Of a stretch of DNA of 64,000 bases, positions 43,745 to 53,423 are shown piece after piece. The notes under the pieces are model-generated. The model was not told the DNA's origin. It did no database searches and saw only the letters and a list, made by a program, of their open reading frames with translations. Position numbers and translations under genes: made by a program. The stretch's first letter is position 1. Each line of letters starts with the position of its first letter. This stretch comes from an uncultured Holophagales bacterium. Lineage in GTDB: Bacteria; Acidobacteriota; Thermoanaerobaculia; Multivoradales; UBA5704. Location of the stretch: the NCBI GenBank assembly GCA_963842525.1, contig CAWJGT010000003.1:288001-352000 (forward strand). Reading direction: 5' to 3'.

Positions 43745-44830
43745 ATGCTTAACCAGGTTCAGCTCTTGAAGCTTAGTCTCATGGCAGAAGGGGTGGCCGT
43801 AACTCCGCGAGTGAGAGAGGCTCTCAGGGGGCGTCCTCTGACTCTTGCCGACTACGCAACGACTTCCGGCATTTCGCTGGTCCTCGGAGAAGAGGTCTGG
43901 GTCAATGCACCTCTTCGGGATCACAATTCCAACTTTGTATCGGAAGCGCCGACGCATGTTCTCGATCGGACGGAGTTTGGATACTCTATTTTCTCTCCAC
44001 GCGGTCGTTTCCCGGCTCGACTTGTTCCAGTTCCTGACTACTATAACGAGAAGAACTCTTCCGAAGAACCTTATACTGCCTACGCCCATACGCATGCGGA
44101 TCGAGTTAGGATCTCTCCTATTGAAGGCTGTGGAATGATCTGCACCTTCTGCGATCTTCCCTACGAGTATGCCTACAGGCGCAAGCGGATCGACGGCCTG
44201 ATCGATGCAATTGCAAGGGCGGTTGAGGATCGAGCTCTGCCTGCTCGGCACGCACTGATCTCCGGTGGAACACCAAAGGAGGAGGACTTCGGCTTCCTTA
44301 GAACTGTCTATCGCGAGATCCCCGCTAGATTCCCAGATCTCCCTATTGACATTATGATGGTCCCTGTTCCAGGGCTCCTTGACCTGGACGAGCTCCGCGA
44401 TGCGGGGATCTACGGCCTATCCATTAATCTCGAGGTGTTCAACTGGGAGATCGCCCGTAGGACGATGCGCCAGAAGTACGACCTCGGCCAGCAGCACTAT
44501 CTCGATTTTATCGAGAGGGCCGTCTCTTGCTTCGGCCCGGGCCGGGTCCGGTCGCTCCTATTGGTTGGGTTGGAGCCCATTGAGGACACGCTGCGAGGTG
44601 TCGAAGTACTGGCGGAAAGAGGATGCGACCCAGTGTTGAGCCCATTCCGGCCGGATCCGGCCACACCCATGCGGAAAACGCCTCCACCGGCCGCGGGCTG
44701 ACTAGCCGAGGTATACATGCGTGCGCTGGATGTGGTCGAGCGGCATGGCGTGAAGTTGGGGCCGCGTTGCATTGCCTGCCAGCATAACACTCTCACCTTC
44801 CCAGACGCCTCGGGAGCTTACCATTACTGA
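43745..44830 (+). CDS. radical SAM protein 1 (in-frame TGA at 44699-44701)
   Basis: CGMICTFC (CX3CX2C), ISGGT, INLEVF, VGLEP, LSPFRP; after the TGA the frame continues LAEVYMRA...GPRCIACQHNTL. Confidence 0.88.
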
Positions 44831-44840
44831 GTCTGAGGCA

Positions 44841-45056
44841 ATGAGTGGAAGCTCCCCACGTCGGTGCACCAGGCATGCTTTCGGTCGAAACGGGTTTCCG
44901 GAGAGTCTCGAAAAGGCCGAGGCACTGCGGAATCCGACGCTCGAGAGCCAAGACTGCCTCTGTGAGCTGCTGAGGTTCCTCCCGCGAGGAGAGGAGTTCG
45001 AGGGTAGCGATCTGATCACGATCATCGGTAAATCGGCATGGGAGGGTTTCGCTTGA
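44841..45056 (+). CDS. small hypothetical ORF (71 aa) within the operon
   Basis: GAGG-xx-ATG; its stop overlaps the TTG of the next gene (TTGA). Confidence 0.35.
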   Translation: MSGSSPRRCTRHAFGRNGFPESLEKAEALRNPTLESQDCLCELLRFLPRGEEFEGSDLITIIGKSAWEGFA

Positions 45057-46420
45057 CCGATCGACGGCGCATCCTCGCATTTATTTCCAACAAACTCGGC
45101 TGTCGTGATCTCATCTGGGCCGGATTGCGAACCGACGACATTGAAGCTATTTCTGATCTTAAGCAAGTTGCTGCCTCTTTCTCGATAGTGGGAGGTAACA
45201 ACCGTGGAGTGTCTGTGCCTAGCCTGGAGTTCGAGGACCTAGTTGGTGTCAGAGTGGACTTGGACAGTTGGGATATAGAGGACCACCTGGATACGCCGCA
45301 AGCACACGAATTTCGAGAGGCAATCCTCGCTCGCCTCAGAAGACCAACTGCGCTGCTTCCCTATCGCCCATCGAGATTCCTCTCCTCTATTCTTTTAGCG
45401 CGGAGGGATCAATGCATAAATCTCGGACTCTTCTTTGCTCATCAAGCTCTGTTCGAACACAAGCCGTGGGTGGAGACGGAAGTAACCTTTCTCGGTTTGC
45501 CGCACGTTCCTTGGGTATATGTGGCTGATGAAGAGCAATCAAAGGTCCTGCGAATGCTGACCAAAGGACCCATTATGCTGCGCGTAAGTCGATCGTCTGG
45601 CGGCGCAGGTCTCGTGCGCGTTGATGATCCTGGCTTGCTAGCTGAGCGTTGGCCACGCCGCCAGGAGGCGTTCGTGAGCGCCGCACCCTTCTTAGAAGGA
45701 GTCATTCCGATCAATATTGGGGCGACAGTGTGGCACGACGGTGTAACGATGCACCACCCATCGGTCCAACTGATTGGTATACCAGGGTGCACAACACGAC
45801 CGTTCGGCTACTGCGGGAACGACTTCAGCCTAGCCTCGGATCTTACAGATTCTACGCTGGAAATGGTCGAGGCGAGCGTGGTCATCATAGGCCGCTGGCT
45901 TCGTGGGTATGGCTACCTGGGTACCTTCGGTGTTGATTTCCTCGTGCATCGAGGCACGCCTCTCTTCGCCGAGATCAACGCGCGGTTTCAGGGTTCGACG
46001 CACGCGTCGAGCCAGCTCTCGAACGAGGCGGGAGAGAGTTGTGTCATGCTCGACCATCTTGCGGCCATTTTCGGCCATGACGCCCCGCCGCCACGGAATC
46101 TCCGCGAAATTGTCCGTGAAACCCCCTCCCTGGCACATTTAGTGGTGCACTGGACGGGAAAACGAGCCCCCATAGACAGTGCTCCGCTAATAGCCGCACT
46201 GGGCGCCCAAGCATCCCAGTGCCGAATCGATCTCGCTGCTAAACCAGCCCTGATCACAGAAACTGACGGCGTCGTCGCGCGAGTAACGGTACGTGATAGA
46301 ATGACGACAACTGGTTTCGATCTTAGGGAACCGTGGGCCTCGCTAGTGGGGCAGTGGGTACGCGAGTCGCTGCGCGGGGCGGGTTTTGGGCCTCAGGAGA
46401 CGACGCATGCGCCTGAGTGA
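45053..46420 (+). CDS. ATP-grasp fold ligase
   Basis: RVSRSSGGAG loop, YCGNDF, GTFGVDF, AEINARFQGST; SD GGGAGG before TTG. Confidence 0.8.
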   Translation: MTDRRRILAFISNKLGCRDLIWAGLRTDDIEAISDLKQVAASFSIVGGNNRGVSVPSLEFEDLVGVRVDLDSWDIEDHLDTPQAHEFREAILARLRRPTALLPYRPSRFLSSILLARRDQCINLGLFFAHQALFEHKPWVETEVTFLGLPHVPWVYVADEEQSKVLRMLTKGPIMLRVSRSSGGAGLVRVDDPGLLAERWPRRQEAFVSAAPFLEGVIPINIGATVWHDGVTMHHPSVQLIGIPGCTTRPFGYCGNDFSLASDLTDSTLEMVEASVVIIGRWLRGYGYLGTFGVDFLVHRGTPLFAEINARFQGSTHASSQLSNEAGESCVMLDHLAAIFGHDAPPPRNLREIVRETPSLAHLVVHWTGKRAPIDSAPLIAALGAQASQCRIDLAAKPALITETDGVVARVTVRDRMTTTGFDLREPWASLVGQWVRESLRGAGFGPQETTHAPE

Positions 46421-47530
46421 CTCTCAGCGATTGAAGTTCCGCCTTCTGGCGGAAGGTCTGGCCGTCTCCTCGAGGCTCGAGATCGACTGAGTGAACTCCG
46501 CGGTCAGCGGAAGCTCACGGTGGCAGACTATGCATCGACGAGCGGGATCATTCTTCGTCTTGAGGACGACGTGTGGGTGAATGTACCTACCGCGGAGCAC
46601 AACAAAAATTTTGTTTTGGAGCCTCCGAACATATTGGATAGATTGCCAGATGGATTCTTTATCCGTGGCAGTGGATTGGAGAGTCCCGCGTCCGTTTGGT
46701 TGCCACCGCTCTACCACGATCAAAATCTCTCGGCCGCCCGTCCAGCTAATCAGTTTGTATTCACCCATGGAGATCGGGTCCGCCTCTCCCCTCTCCGTGG
46801 CTGCGCGATGCGTTGTACATTTTGCAACATACCGTATCAAGACCGATATGGGACAAAATCTATTGAACCTATGATTGAGGCGCTCCAAGTGGCCTTAGCT
46901 GACCCACTTCAACCAGCGCATCACATCTTGATATCTGGTGGTACCCCGCTTTCCCGAGACATCCCGTTGCTTCGGGAAGTATACGAGCGCGTGCTGCTAG
47001 CCTTCCCCCACCATCAGGTTGATATCATGATGGTGCCAGTCGACGGCCTATTCGATCTCCTGCGACTGAAGACGCTTGGCCTTCATGAACTTGCAATCAA
47101 TATCGAGCTCTTCAATACAACGGTGGCAGCGGACCTGATGCCGCAGAAAGCCAAGCAAGGGCTGATGCATTATCTCAACTTCATCGCCGAAGCCACGGAT
47201 ATTCTCGGACCCCAGCGAGTGAGGTCGATGATGATGGTTGGATTGGAGCCTATGGAGGATACGCTAGCTGGGATTCAATCGATTATTCAGGCCGGAGGAG
47301 TTCCCGTGCTCAGTCCATTCCGTCCGGATCCGGCGACTCCACTACGCGATATTGCTCCACTGTCGGGTGAAGAGTACGAGGAGATCTTCTTGAGGGCTAC
47401 TGAGCTTGCCGCGAACGCTGGTGTACAACTCGGCCCCTCCTGCCCGCCCTGCACCCACAACACGCTTACGCTGGCGAGCACAGACCGTGGGGGGGCCAAG
47501 TACCCTCATCCCGTACCCGCTCTGGTGTGA
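46407..47530 (+). CDS. radical SAM protein 2, paralog of protein 1 (frameshift near 46470)
   Basis: MRLSDSQRLKFRLLAEG mirrors paralog 1's LLKLSLMAEG; CAMRCTFC; GPSCPPCTHNTL; SD AGGAGA. Confidence 0.88.
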
Positions 47531-47531
47531 T

Positions 47532-48425
47532 ATGCGATCCATACTGACAGTGGATGACTTCTCCGAGGATGATATCGATTCCATTTTGGCGAGTGCACGC
47601 GAGTTCCATGTGCTCCGCCACATCGAGCGCTCGAGCCTATCAAAACGCCGCCGGTTGCTTGGCCTGATCTTCTTAGAGCCATCTCTCAGAACTCGTGTGG
47701 GATTCGCTGCGGCCGCAATGCGACTAGGGTGGGGGGTTGTAGAGATATTCGAGCGCCGGCAAAGTCCGGTCTCGATGGCAGAGAACTGGCTAGATACCCT
47801 CCGTGCGGTATCCGGATACTCTGATGTAGTCGTCGCGCGCCCCCGTCGGCGTCTTGGTCATGACGAACTGGCCGATGCAACGGCTTGCCCCCTAATCAAT
47901 GGAGGGGACATTGGTCCGTGTGCGCAGCATCCCTCGCAAGCGCTTATCAACCTGTTTGCAATGCAGCAACTTGCGGGTCCGATGGCTGGACTGCGTCTCG
48001 CAATCGTCGGGGATCCTCGGATGCGAGCCGTTCGAAGCCTTCTCGCCCTTTTGGCACGAATGCCACCGGCAGAAATTAAATTGGTGGCAGACGCTGAGCA
48101 TCTACGCGAGACGTGCATTCCCTCGATGCTCCAATCGATAGTTGTTGTGAGTTCATGGGACGAGTTGAGTGACATGGATGTGGTCTACATTGCAGGCATT
48201 CCACATGGAGTGCTTCCGTCCGATAGGCGCGAGCTTTTGCTGGCCACGGCGGCCCGAGTGGAGGCGCTCCCTGCACACTGTGTGTTGCTTTCGCCGATGC
48301 CAGTCATCGACGAGATAGATCCTTACGCAAGGCGGGACGCCCGCAATCGAATGTTCGAGCAGAGCGACTTGGGGCTGTACGTGCGCATGGCAATACTTGA
48401 GCACGTCGTGCGGGGCGATTCGTGA
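47532..48425 (+). CDS. divergent aspartate/ornithine carbamoyltransferase-family protein
   Basis: FLEPSLRTR, PLINGGD, HPSQAL, IVGD, SPMP, FEQS..G..VRMAIL. Confidence 0.85.
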   Translation: MRSILTVDDFSEDDIDSILASAREFHVLRHIERSSLSKRRRLLGLIFLEPSLRTRVGFAAAAMRLGWGVVEIFERRQSPVSMAENWLDTLRAVSGYSDVVVARPRRRLGHDELADATACPLINGGDIGPCAQHPSQALINLFAMQQLAGPMAGLRLAIVGDPRMRAVRSLLALLARMPPAEIKLVADAEHLRETCIPSMLQSIVVVSSWDELSDMDVVYIAGIPHGVLPSDRRELLLATAARVEALPAHCVLLSPMPVIDEIDPYARRDARNRMFEQSDLGLYVRMAILEHVVRGDS

Positions 48426-48522
48426 GAAAACCGAGTCATGCATTGATGTCTTGGTCGGATGGGGCGTGGGGTATAGCCGGGTATTGCCTGAGGTAGGCAT
48501 TGCCGGGATAATTGGAGAGGTC

Positions 48523-49179
48523 ATGAACCTGATTGTGGACACCATTTTATGCCGACGCAGCGTTCGTGAGGGGTACGGCGGCGCACCAATTCCCATGGAG
48601 ATACTTGAGGACGTTGTTCGATGTGGCCTCGCGGCACCTTCGTCGAAGAACGCACGCCCTTGGCGGTTTCATGTCGTTACGGATCACCTAATCCGTGAGG
48701 AACTCGCCGTTATGGTGGAGAGCGCCGAAGGCATCAATAGTTACGTTCCCTCCGATCCAGCCACTGGAAAGCCGAGGTCGGAGTATTCATCGACTGTCCT
48801 CCTGTCTGCCTCTGTCCTCAGGAAGGCGGCAGTCGCCATCTTAATCGAGAATTCAGGGGCATTTAGCCGTGGTAGGCAGGCGCTCCTCAAGGCAACCCCC
48901 GAAGCTCTTGCGCGTTCGATCGTTGGATATACTCTCGAAATCATTGGAGTGGGGGCCGCGGTAGAAAACATGTGGATTGCAGCAGTCGGGCATGGCCTCG
49001 CTGGGGTATTCATGGGGGATATCCTCATTGCGGAGCAAGCTATCAAGCAGCGCTTGTCGATTGAATGTGATTTGGTCGGTGTGCTGGCCCTCGGATATGC
49101 TGAGACCCGAGAAGCACAGACAATGCGGGATCGTGTCGCGCTCGACGCCGAACAAGTCCGCTGGCTCGTACCGGGTTGA
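48523..49179 (+). CDS. nitroreductase family flavoprotein
   Basis: RRSVR, AAPSSKNARPWRF, GAAVENMWIAA...GL, ALGY. Confidence 0.9.
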   Translation: MNLIVDTILCRRSVREGYGGAPIPMEILEDVVRCGLAAPSSKNARPWRFHVVTDHLIREELAVMVESAEGINSYVPSDPATGKPRSEYSSTVLLSASVLRKAAVAILIENSGAFSRGRQALLKATPEALARSIVGYTLEIIGVGAAVENMWIAAVGHGLAGVFMGDILIAEQAIKQRLSIECDLVGVLALGYAETREAQTMRDRVALDAEQVRWLVPG

Positions 49180-49509
49180 GGCGGCGAGTAGGCAGCAGGG
49201 TAGAGGCTCGAAGGACAGGGTCTCCGCTACAGGTGCCACCCATTAGAAGGCTCTTGTCAACGCCCCACACTTCTCCCTCCCGGGAGTGTTCGTTTCCGCA
49301 GGCGATAGGTGCCAGAGGTTTCAAGAAGCTCACGTCATAGCAGGCGTTGGCGTGCTGCGTCAAGACGCTTCTGAGGAATCGGGAGCCGGGCTCGCCTTCC
49401 TCGCTTCCTTTTACCGGCGATACGCGATAGGATCTTCCGTAGAAACGACTCCGAACGGGAGCACGCCATAAGTGCGCCTGCGTACGGGCGAAGCTGAGGA
49501 GGTCCAGTC

Positions 49510-49923
49510 GTGCCATCGGGCGATCGAAGCAGGACGTGGTTTCCGGAGATGATTGACGAGCTGAGGCAGGGCTGGCGTGGCGATCTCGGCATGGAGGAGC
49601 TGATCGCTCTGGCGCAGAGCCTCGATCGCATGTTGCTGGACATCCGGACCAGGCGGGGAATCCGGCCGCCTATCATTCTCTGCCGGAAGTGTGGCAAGCG
49701 TGCCCCGGGAGCTGCGCCGCGTGTCTCGGTGCGAGCTACGATTTTGGCAGCGGTGCGATTTGGAATCGGAGCGCAGGACGATGCCGGGCAGCTTGAGCGA
49801 CTCTGGCAGCGTTATCGTGTCAAGCGGGGGCTTGATCTCTACGGAAGGCCCGCAGTTGCGGGCGATCGAGGAAGGACCGCAGAACCAGATGGCTGTAGCG
49901 GTCACGCTTCGAGTGACCGATGA
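49510..49923 (+). CDS. hypothetical protein with CxxC motif
   Basis: SD GAGGAGG; MPSGDRSRTWFPEM...CRKCG...VSVRA...LDLYG. Confidence 0.6.
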   Translation: MPSGDRSRTWFPEMIDELRQGWRGDLGMEELIALAQSLDRMLLDIRTRRGIRPPIILCRKCGKRAPGAAPRVSVRATILAAVRFGIGAQDDAGQLERLWQRYRVKRGLDLYGRPAVAGDRGRTAEPDGCSGHASSDR

Positions 49924-50030
49924 GCCGCCGAGGACCTCTGACCCTCCCGCGGCGACTGCATCTGGCCTGCGTGTTTCGATGCCTGATGCTCTCGTCAGCC
50001 GACCGAATCTTAGGAGCGTCCTGCCGATCT

Positions 50031-50135
50031 GCTGCCGCCCCTCTGGGGCTTGGAAACATTTCGTTTCCAGACCCGGGGCCGCCGCTCCTTCGTCGCTCTG
50101 GCCCCGGGCTACGTGCCATGAGCCCCTCCGGGGCC
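50031..50135. repeat. family B REP-like element
   Basis: GCCCCTCTGGGGC; CCCGGGGCC..GGCCCCGGG-CTAC; GCCCCTCCGGGGC. Confidence 0.65.
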
Positions 50136-50210
50136 AATCCAGATGACCCAGGAGGATCGCTCCGGGCAGGTGCCGCGGGCACGGTGGCGCCTCCTTCTCC
50201 AGAAACTCTA

Positions 50211-50239
50211 TTGACGCGACTGAGGAGTTGACGTATAAA
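50211..50239 (+). promoter_or_regulatory. near-consensus sigma70 promoter
   Basis: TTGACG-17 bp-TATAAA upstream of the Cys-rich ORF at 50268. Confidence 0.65.
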
Positions 50240-50267
50240 CAGGTAAACGAAGAGAAAGGGGGCCCTC

Positions 50268-50507
50268 ATGCGTATTTCGCTCAGGCAAGTCTTCCTCATC
50301 CTGTTCGTCGTCTCTGTCTCTGGCGTGGCCGGCCTGGACCGTGAGCTGTTTGGCGAAAAAGGCTCAGTGAAGGTGAGTAGCGCGGGCATTTTCGCCTCGG
50401 AGAATTGTCTGGCGGGTTGCGAGTGCGACGGCATGTGCTGCGTTCCAGATGGCGAAGAATGCGTCGAATGTGGCGACTGTGGTGTCTGCTGCGGAGTTAC
50501 GAAGTAA
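50268..50507 (+). CDS. small secreted Cys-rich peptide (10 Cys, acidic)
   Basis: Signal-like N-terminus; tail CLAGCECDGMCCVPDGEECVECGDCGVCC; own promoter. Confidence 0.7.
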   Translation: MRISLRQVFLILFVVSVSGVAGLDRELFGEKGSVKVSSAGIFASENCLAGCECDGMCCVPDGEECVECGDCGVCCGVTK

Positions 50508-50539
50508 GGTTCGCCGAAAGGAAAAGACCAAGCACATCA

Positions 50540-50572
50540 GGGGGCCGAGCCGGACGTGTCCGGCTCGGTCCC
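50540..50572. terminator. hairpin between convergent peptide genes (bidirectional terminator candidate)
   Basis: CCGAGCCGGAC-GT-GTCCGGCTCGG. Confidence 0.55.
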
Positions 50573-50593
50573 TCTGCCGTGGCGAATGACCGC

Positions 50594-50785
50594 TCAGCAG
50601 TAGTTGTTGCAGTAGGTTTTACAGGTCGACGAGCTGCCGTTGGGCAACCTGCACGTGTACGTGGAGTAGTAGGCGGGCCCGCAGCACCAGCAGCCGCAGG
50701 TCAGCGGCGCGGCTTGGGCCGGCTTGGTCGCCAGAGCGGCGGCGGTAAGGACGATGGCGGATACGAACAGCAGAGCTTTGCGCAT
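50594..50785 (-). CDS. small secreted Cys-rich peptide (8 Cys)
   Basis: SD AAGGAG; signal ending AQA; mature APLTCGCWCCGPAYYSTYTCRLPNGSSSTCKTYCNNYC. Confidence 0.75.
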   Translation of the reverse strand: MRKALLFVSAIVLTAAALATKPAQAAPLTCGCWCCGPAYYSTYTCRLPNGSSSTCKTYCNNYC

Positions 50786-50973
50786 GGTGTCTCCTTCCGG
50801 TTCAGCGGACGCCGGTGCGACGCCCTCACCTTCAAGGTGAGCAAGATGGCTTTTCGCGCGCCGCCGCCACCCGCCGCGCGAACCCTGCCATCGCCCGGAG
50901 CGCGGCCGGTTCCCTCCTGGGATATCTTAGCCCGCAGCGCTCCGGGCCCTCCGGAGCCGAGACGAGCCCCGCC

Positions 50974-52290
50974 ATGCAAGCCACCACCAACATCAGCCCC
51001 GACGAGCTGCGGGAGGTCTGGCCGCTCCTCAACCCCGCCGAGCGGCAGGAGAGCTTCGGGTTCCTGCCGCGGGGGGAGGCCGAGGAGTTCTTCCTGGAGC
51101 TGCGGGCGGCGGATCAGCTCCGGATCGTGGTCGAGGCGCCGGTGCCGCTCCGGCGGACCTGGATGCGGCTCCTCGCTCCGGACGACGCGGCGGACCTCCT
51201 TCAGCAGGCCCAGCCGGAGGTGCGCAACGAGCTGCTCGACCTTCTCGATCCGGCGACCCGCCGCGAGGTCAACGCCTTGCTCGCCTATGAGGAGGACGAC
51301 GCCGGCGGCCTCATGAGCCCCCGCTATGCGCGGGTGCGGCCCGACATGACGGTCGACGAGGCGATCGGCTATCTCCGCATCCAGGCGCAGAACGTCGAGA
51401 CGCTCCACTATGCCTATGTGCTGGACGCCGGCCAGCACCTCCTCGGGGTGATCTCGCTGCGCGAGCTGTTTGCCGCTCCCGGCGGCAAGAAGGTCTCGGA
51501 GGTCATGGACGACCGACCTCGTCACGACGTCCGAGGAGACGGACCAGGAGACCGTGAGCCGGCTCCTCACCCGCTATGACCTCGTGGCCCTCCCCGTGCT
51601 CGATGCCGAAGGGCGGATGAAGGGCATCGTCACGTTCGACGACATCGTCGACGTGGTCGAGGAGGAGGCGACGGAGGACATCCAGAAGATGGGCGGCTCC
51701 GAGGCCCTCGACGCACCCTACATGCAGGTCGGCCTCGGCCAGATGATCCGCAAGCGGGCTGGGTGGCTCGCGGTGCTCTTCCTCGGCGAGCTGCTGACCG
51801 CGACAGCCATGGGGTACTACGAGCACGAGATCGCCCGCGCCGTGGTGCTGGCGGTCTTCATCCCCCTGATCATCAGCAGCGGCGGCAATTCGGGGTCGCA
51901 GGCGACGACGCTGATCATCCGCGCCCTGGCCCTCTCCGAGGTGCGCGTGCGCGACTGGTTCCGCGTGATCGCGCCGCGAGCTGGTCGCGGGCCTCGCGCT
52001 CGGCGTCGATCCTGGGCGCGCTCGGCTTCGCCCGGGTGATGGTCTGGCAGGCCGCCTTCAAGACCTATGGCGAGCACGCCGTGCTGATCGGCCTGACGGT
52101 CGCGATCAGCCTGGTCGGGGTGGTCCTGTTGGGGACGCTGACGGGCTCCAGCCTGCCGTTCCTCTTCCGGCGGCTCGGATTCGACCCGGCGAGCGCATCG
52201 GCGCCCTTCGTGGCGACGCTGGTGGACGTCACGGGCCTGATCATCTATTTCACCGTCGCGAGCCTGTTATTGAGCGGCAGTCTGCTGTGA
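50974..52290 (+). CDS. mgtE: magnesium transporter MgtE; frameshifts near 51510 and 51975
   Basis: AGGLM, CBS pair, [30 protein letters not shown] across three frames. Confidence 0.9.
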
Positions 52291-52292
52291 AG

Positions 52293-52346
52293 CCTCACCC
52301 CCTGGCCCCCTCTCCCATCGCCCTCCCCCTGCCGGGAGAGGGGGGA
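52293..52346. repeat. family A REP-like element
   Basis: CCTCACCCCCTGGCCCCCTCTCCC...GGGAGAGGGGG just after the mgtE stop. Confidence 0.7.
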
Positions 52347-52375
52347 CGTGGCTCGGCAGATTTGCCAGATTTCAA

Positions 52376-53407
52376 ATGTTGTGGATCGTTTTGCTTCTTG
52401 CTTGTGGCGGGGACTCGGGAACGATGGACACGGTTCCGTTGGGAACGATTGGGAGCGCCGGGAGCGGGCCTCCCGCGGTGCCGGGGCTCCGGCCGGGGGT
52501 GATGGAGCTGTGGCGTTGGCGGGAGCCTCGCCAGCGGGTGGTGATCGATCAGGCCGGGGTGGCTCTCGGACCGGTCGGCGAGCCCCTCGAGCGCACTCTG
52601 TTCCTCACGTCCGGCCGGCTTCAGGACCTCCAGTTCTTCCTCCGCACGTACGCGCAGTTCCGCGCCTGGACGCCCGAGGGCGAGCTGGTCTTCGGCGGCA
52701 GGGGGTCCTTCCGGCCAGGTGGGGCGGAGCGGCGGATGGTCCTCGAATGGGCACGGCTCGTCGCGGCGGAGGCCATGGGTGGAAGGAGCAGCTCCGCCTA
52801 TGGGCTGATGCTGGCCTGGCATCGCGGCGAGGGGACGGCGAGCTGCGACGACCTTGCCGTGTTTCTGACCGGTGAGGTGCTCGCCGGCTCGTGCTCCTGG
52901 GACGAGGAGGTCTCCGGCCGCCTCCGCCCCGAGGTGCTCGTCCGGTTCTATGGCTGGTTCGACCGCCTGAAGCCTCTCCAGGAGGGAGGCGGGATCCGGG
53001 GCGGCGCCGAGCAGGAACAGTTCCGGATGATCTTCGCCGGCCGCGGCCGGGACGAGGCCTCGGCCACCGAGATCTCGGCTCTGCGGAGCCTCGCCCCGGC
53101 CCTCCATCGTGAGCTGGCGGCGCGCCGGCCGGCCCCTCCCCAGCCGCAGCCTCCGCCGGAGGAGGCCGCCGTGGACAAAAAGAGGCCCGGCAAGCCGCCG
53201 CAGCCAGCCGCTCCCGAGCCGCCGCCGGGGCCGAGCCTCCTGCTGCCGCCGCAGGCCCCTGGCAGCATCCCCCTGCCGGAGGCGAAGCTGCCGCCTTACA
53301 TCCCGCCGCCGCCCATCCGGAAGAAGGCCCTCTCCCCCATCCCCTCTCCCGCGCGACCCCCGTCCCCCACCCCGAGCGGGAGAGGGGCGCCGCCACCCGT
53401 CCCCTAG
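52376..53407 (+). CDS. hypothetical lipoprotein with Pro-rich tail
   Basis: LLLACGG lipobox-like start; the tail includes a family A repeat (53328-53388). Confidence 0.6.
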   Translation: MLWIVLLLACGGDSGTMDTVPLGTIGSAGSGPPAVPGLRPGVMELWRWREPRQRVVIDQAGVALGPVGEPLERTLFLTSGRLQDLQFFLRTYAQFRAWTPEGELVFGGRGSFRPGGAERRMVLEWARLVAAEAMGGRSSSAYGLMLAWHRGEGTASCDDLAVFLTGEVLAGSCSWDEEVSGRLRPEVLVRFYGWFDRLKPLQEGGGIRGGAEQEQFRMIFAGRGRDEASATEISALRSLAPALHRELAARRPAPPQPQPPPEEAAVDKKRPGKPPQPAAPEPPPGPSLLLPPQAPGSIPLPEAKLPPYIPPPPIRKKALSPIPSPARPPSPTPSGRGAPPPVP

Positions 53408-53423
53408 GCTTTTCCCCGGGCTC

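Noticed and set aside
44699-44701. Selenocysteine codon in radical SAM 1
   Set aside because: It aligns to Glu, not Cys, in the paralog, and I could not identify a convincing bacterial SECIS.
43745-47530. Viperin, BioB or SPASM-type assignment for the radical SAMs
   Set aside because: No SPASM Cys array and no family-specific motifs recognised; only the generic CX3CX2C supports the call.
49243-49265. Possible IS terminal repeat (TTAGAAGGCTCTTGTCAAC)
   Set aside because: No partner inverted repeat or adjacent transposase identified.
40300-50200. Prophage or integrative element with att sites
   Set aside because: No integrase, tRNA, phage genes or flanking direct repeats found by eye; called an island on composition and content only.
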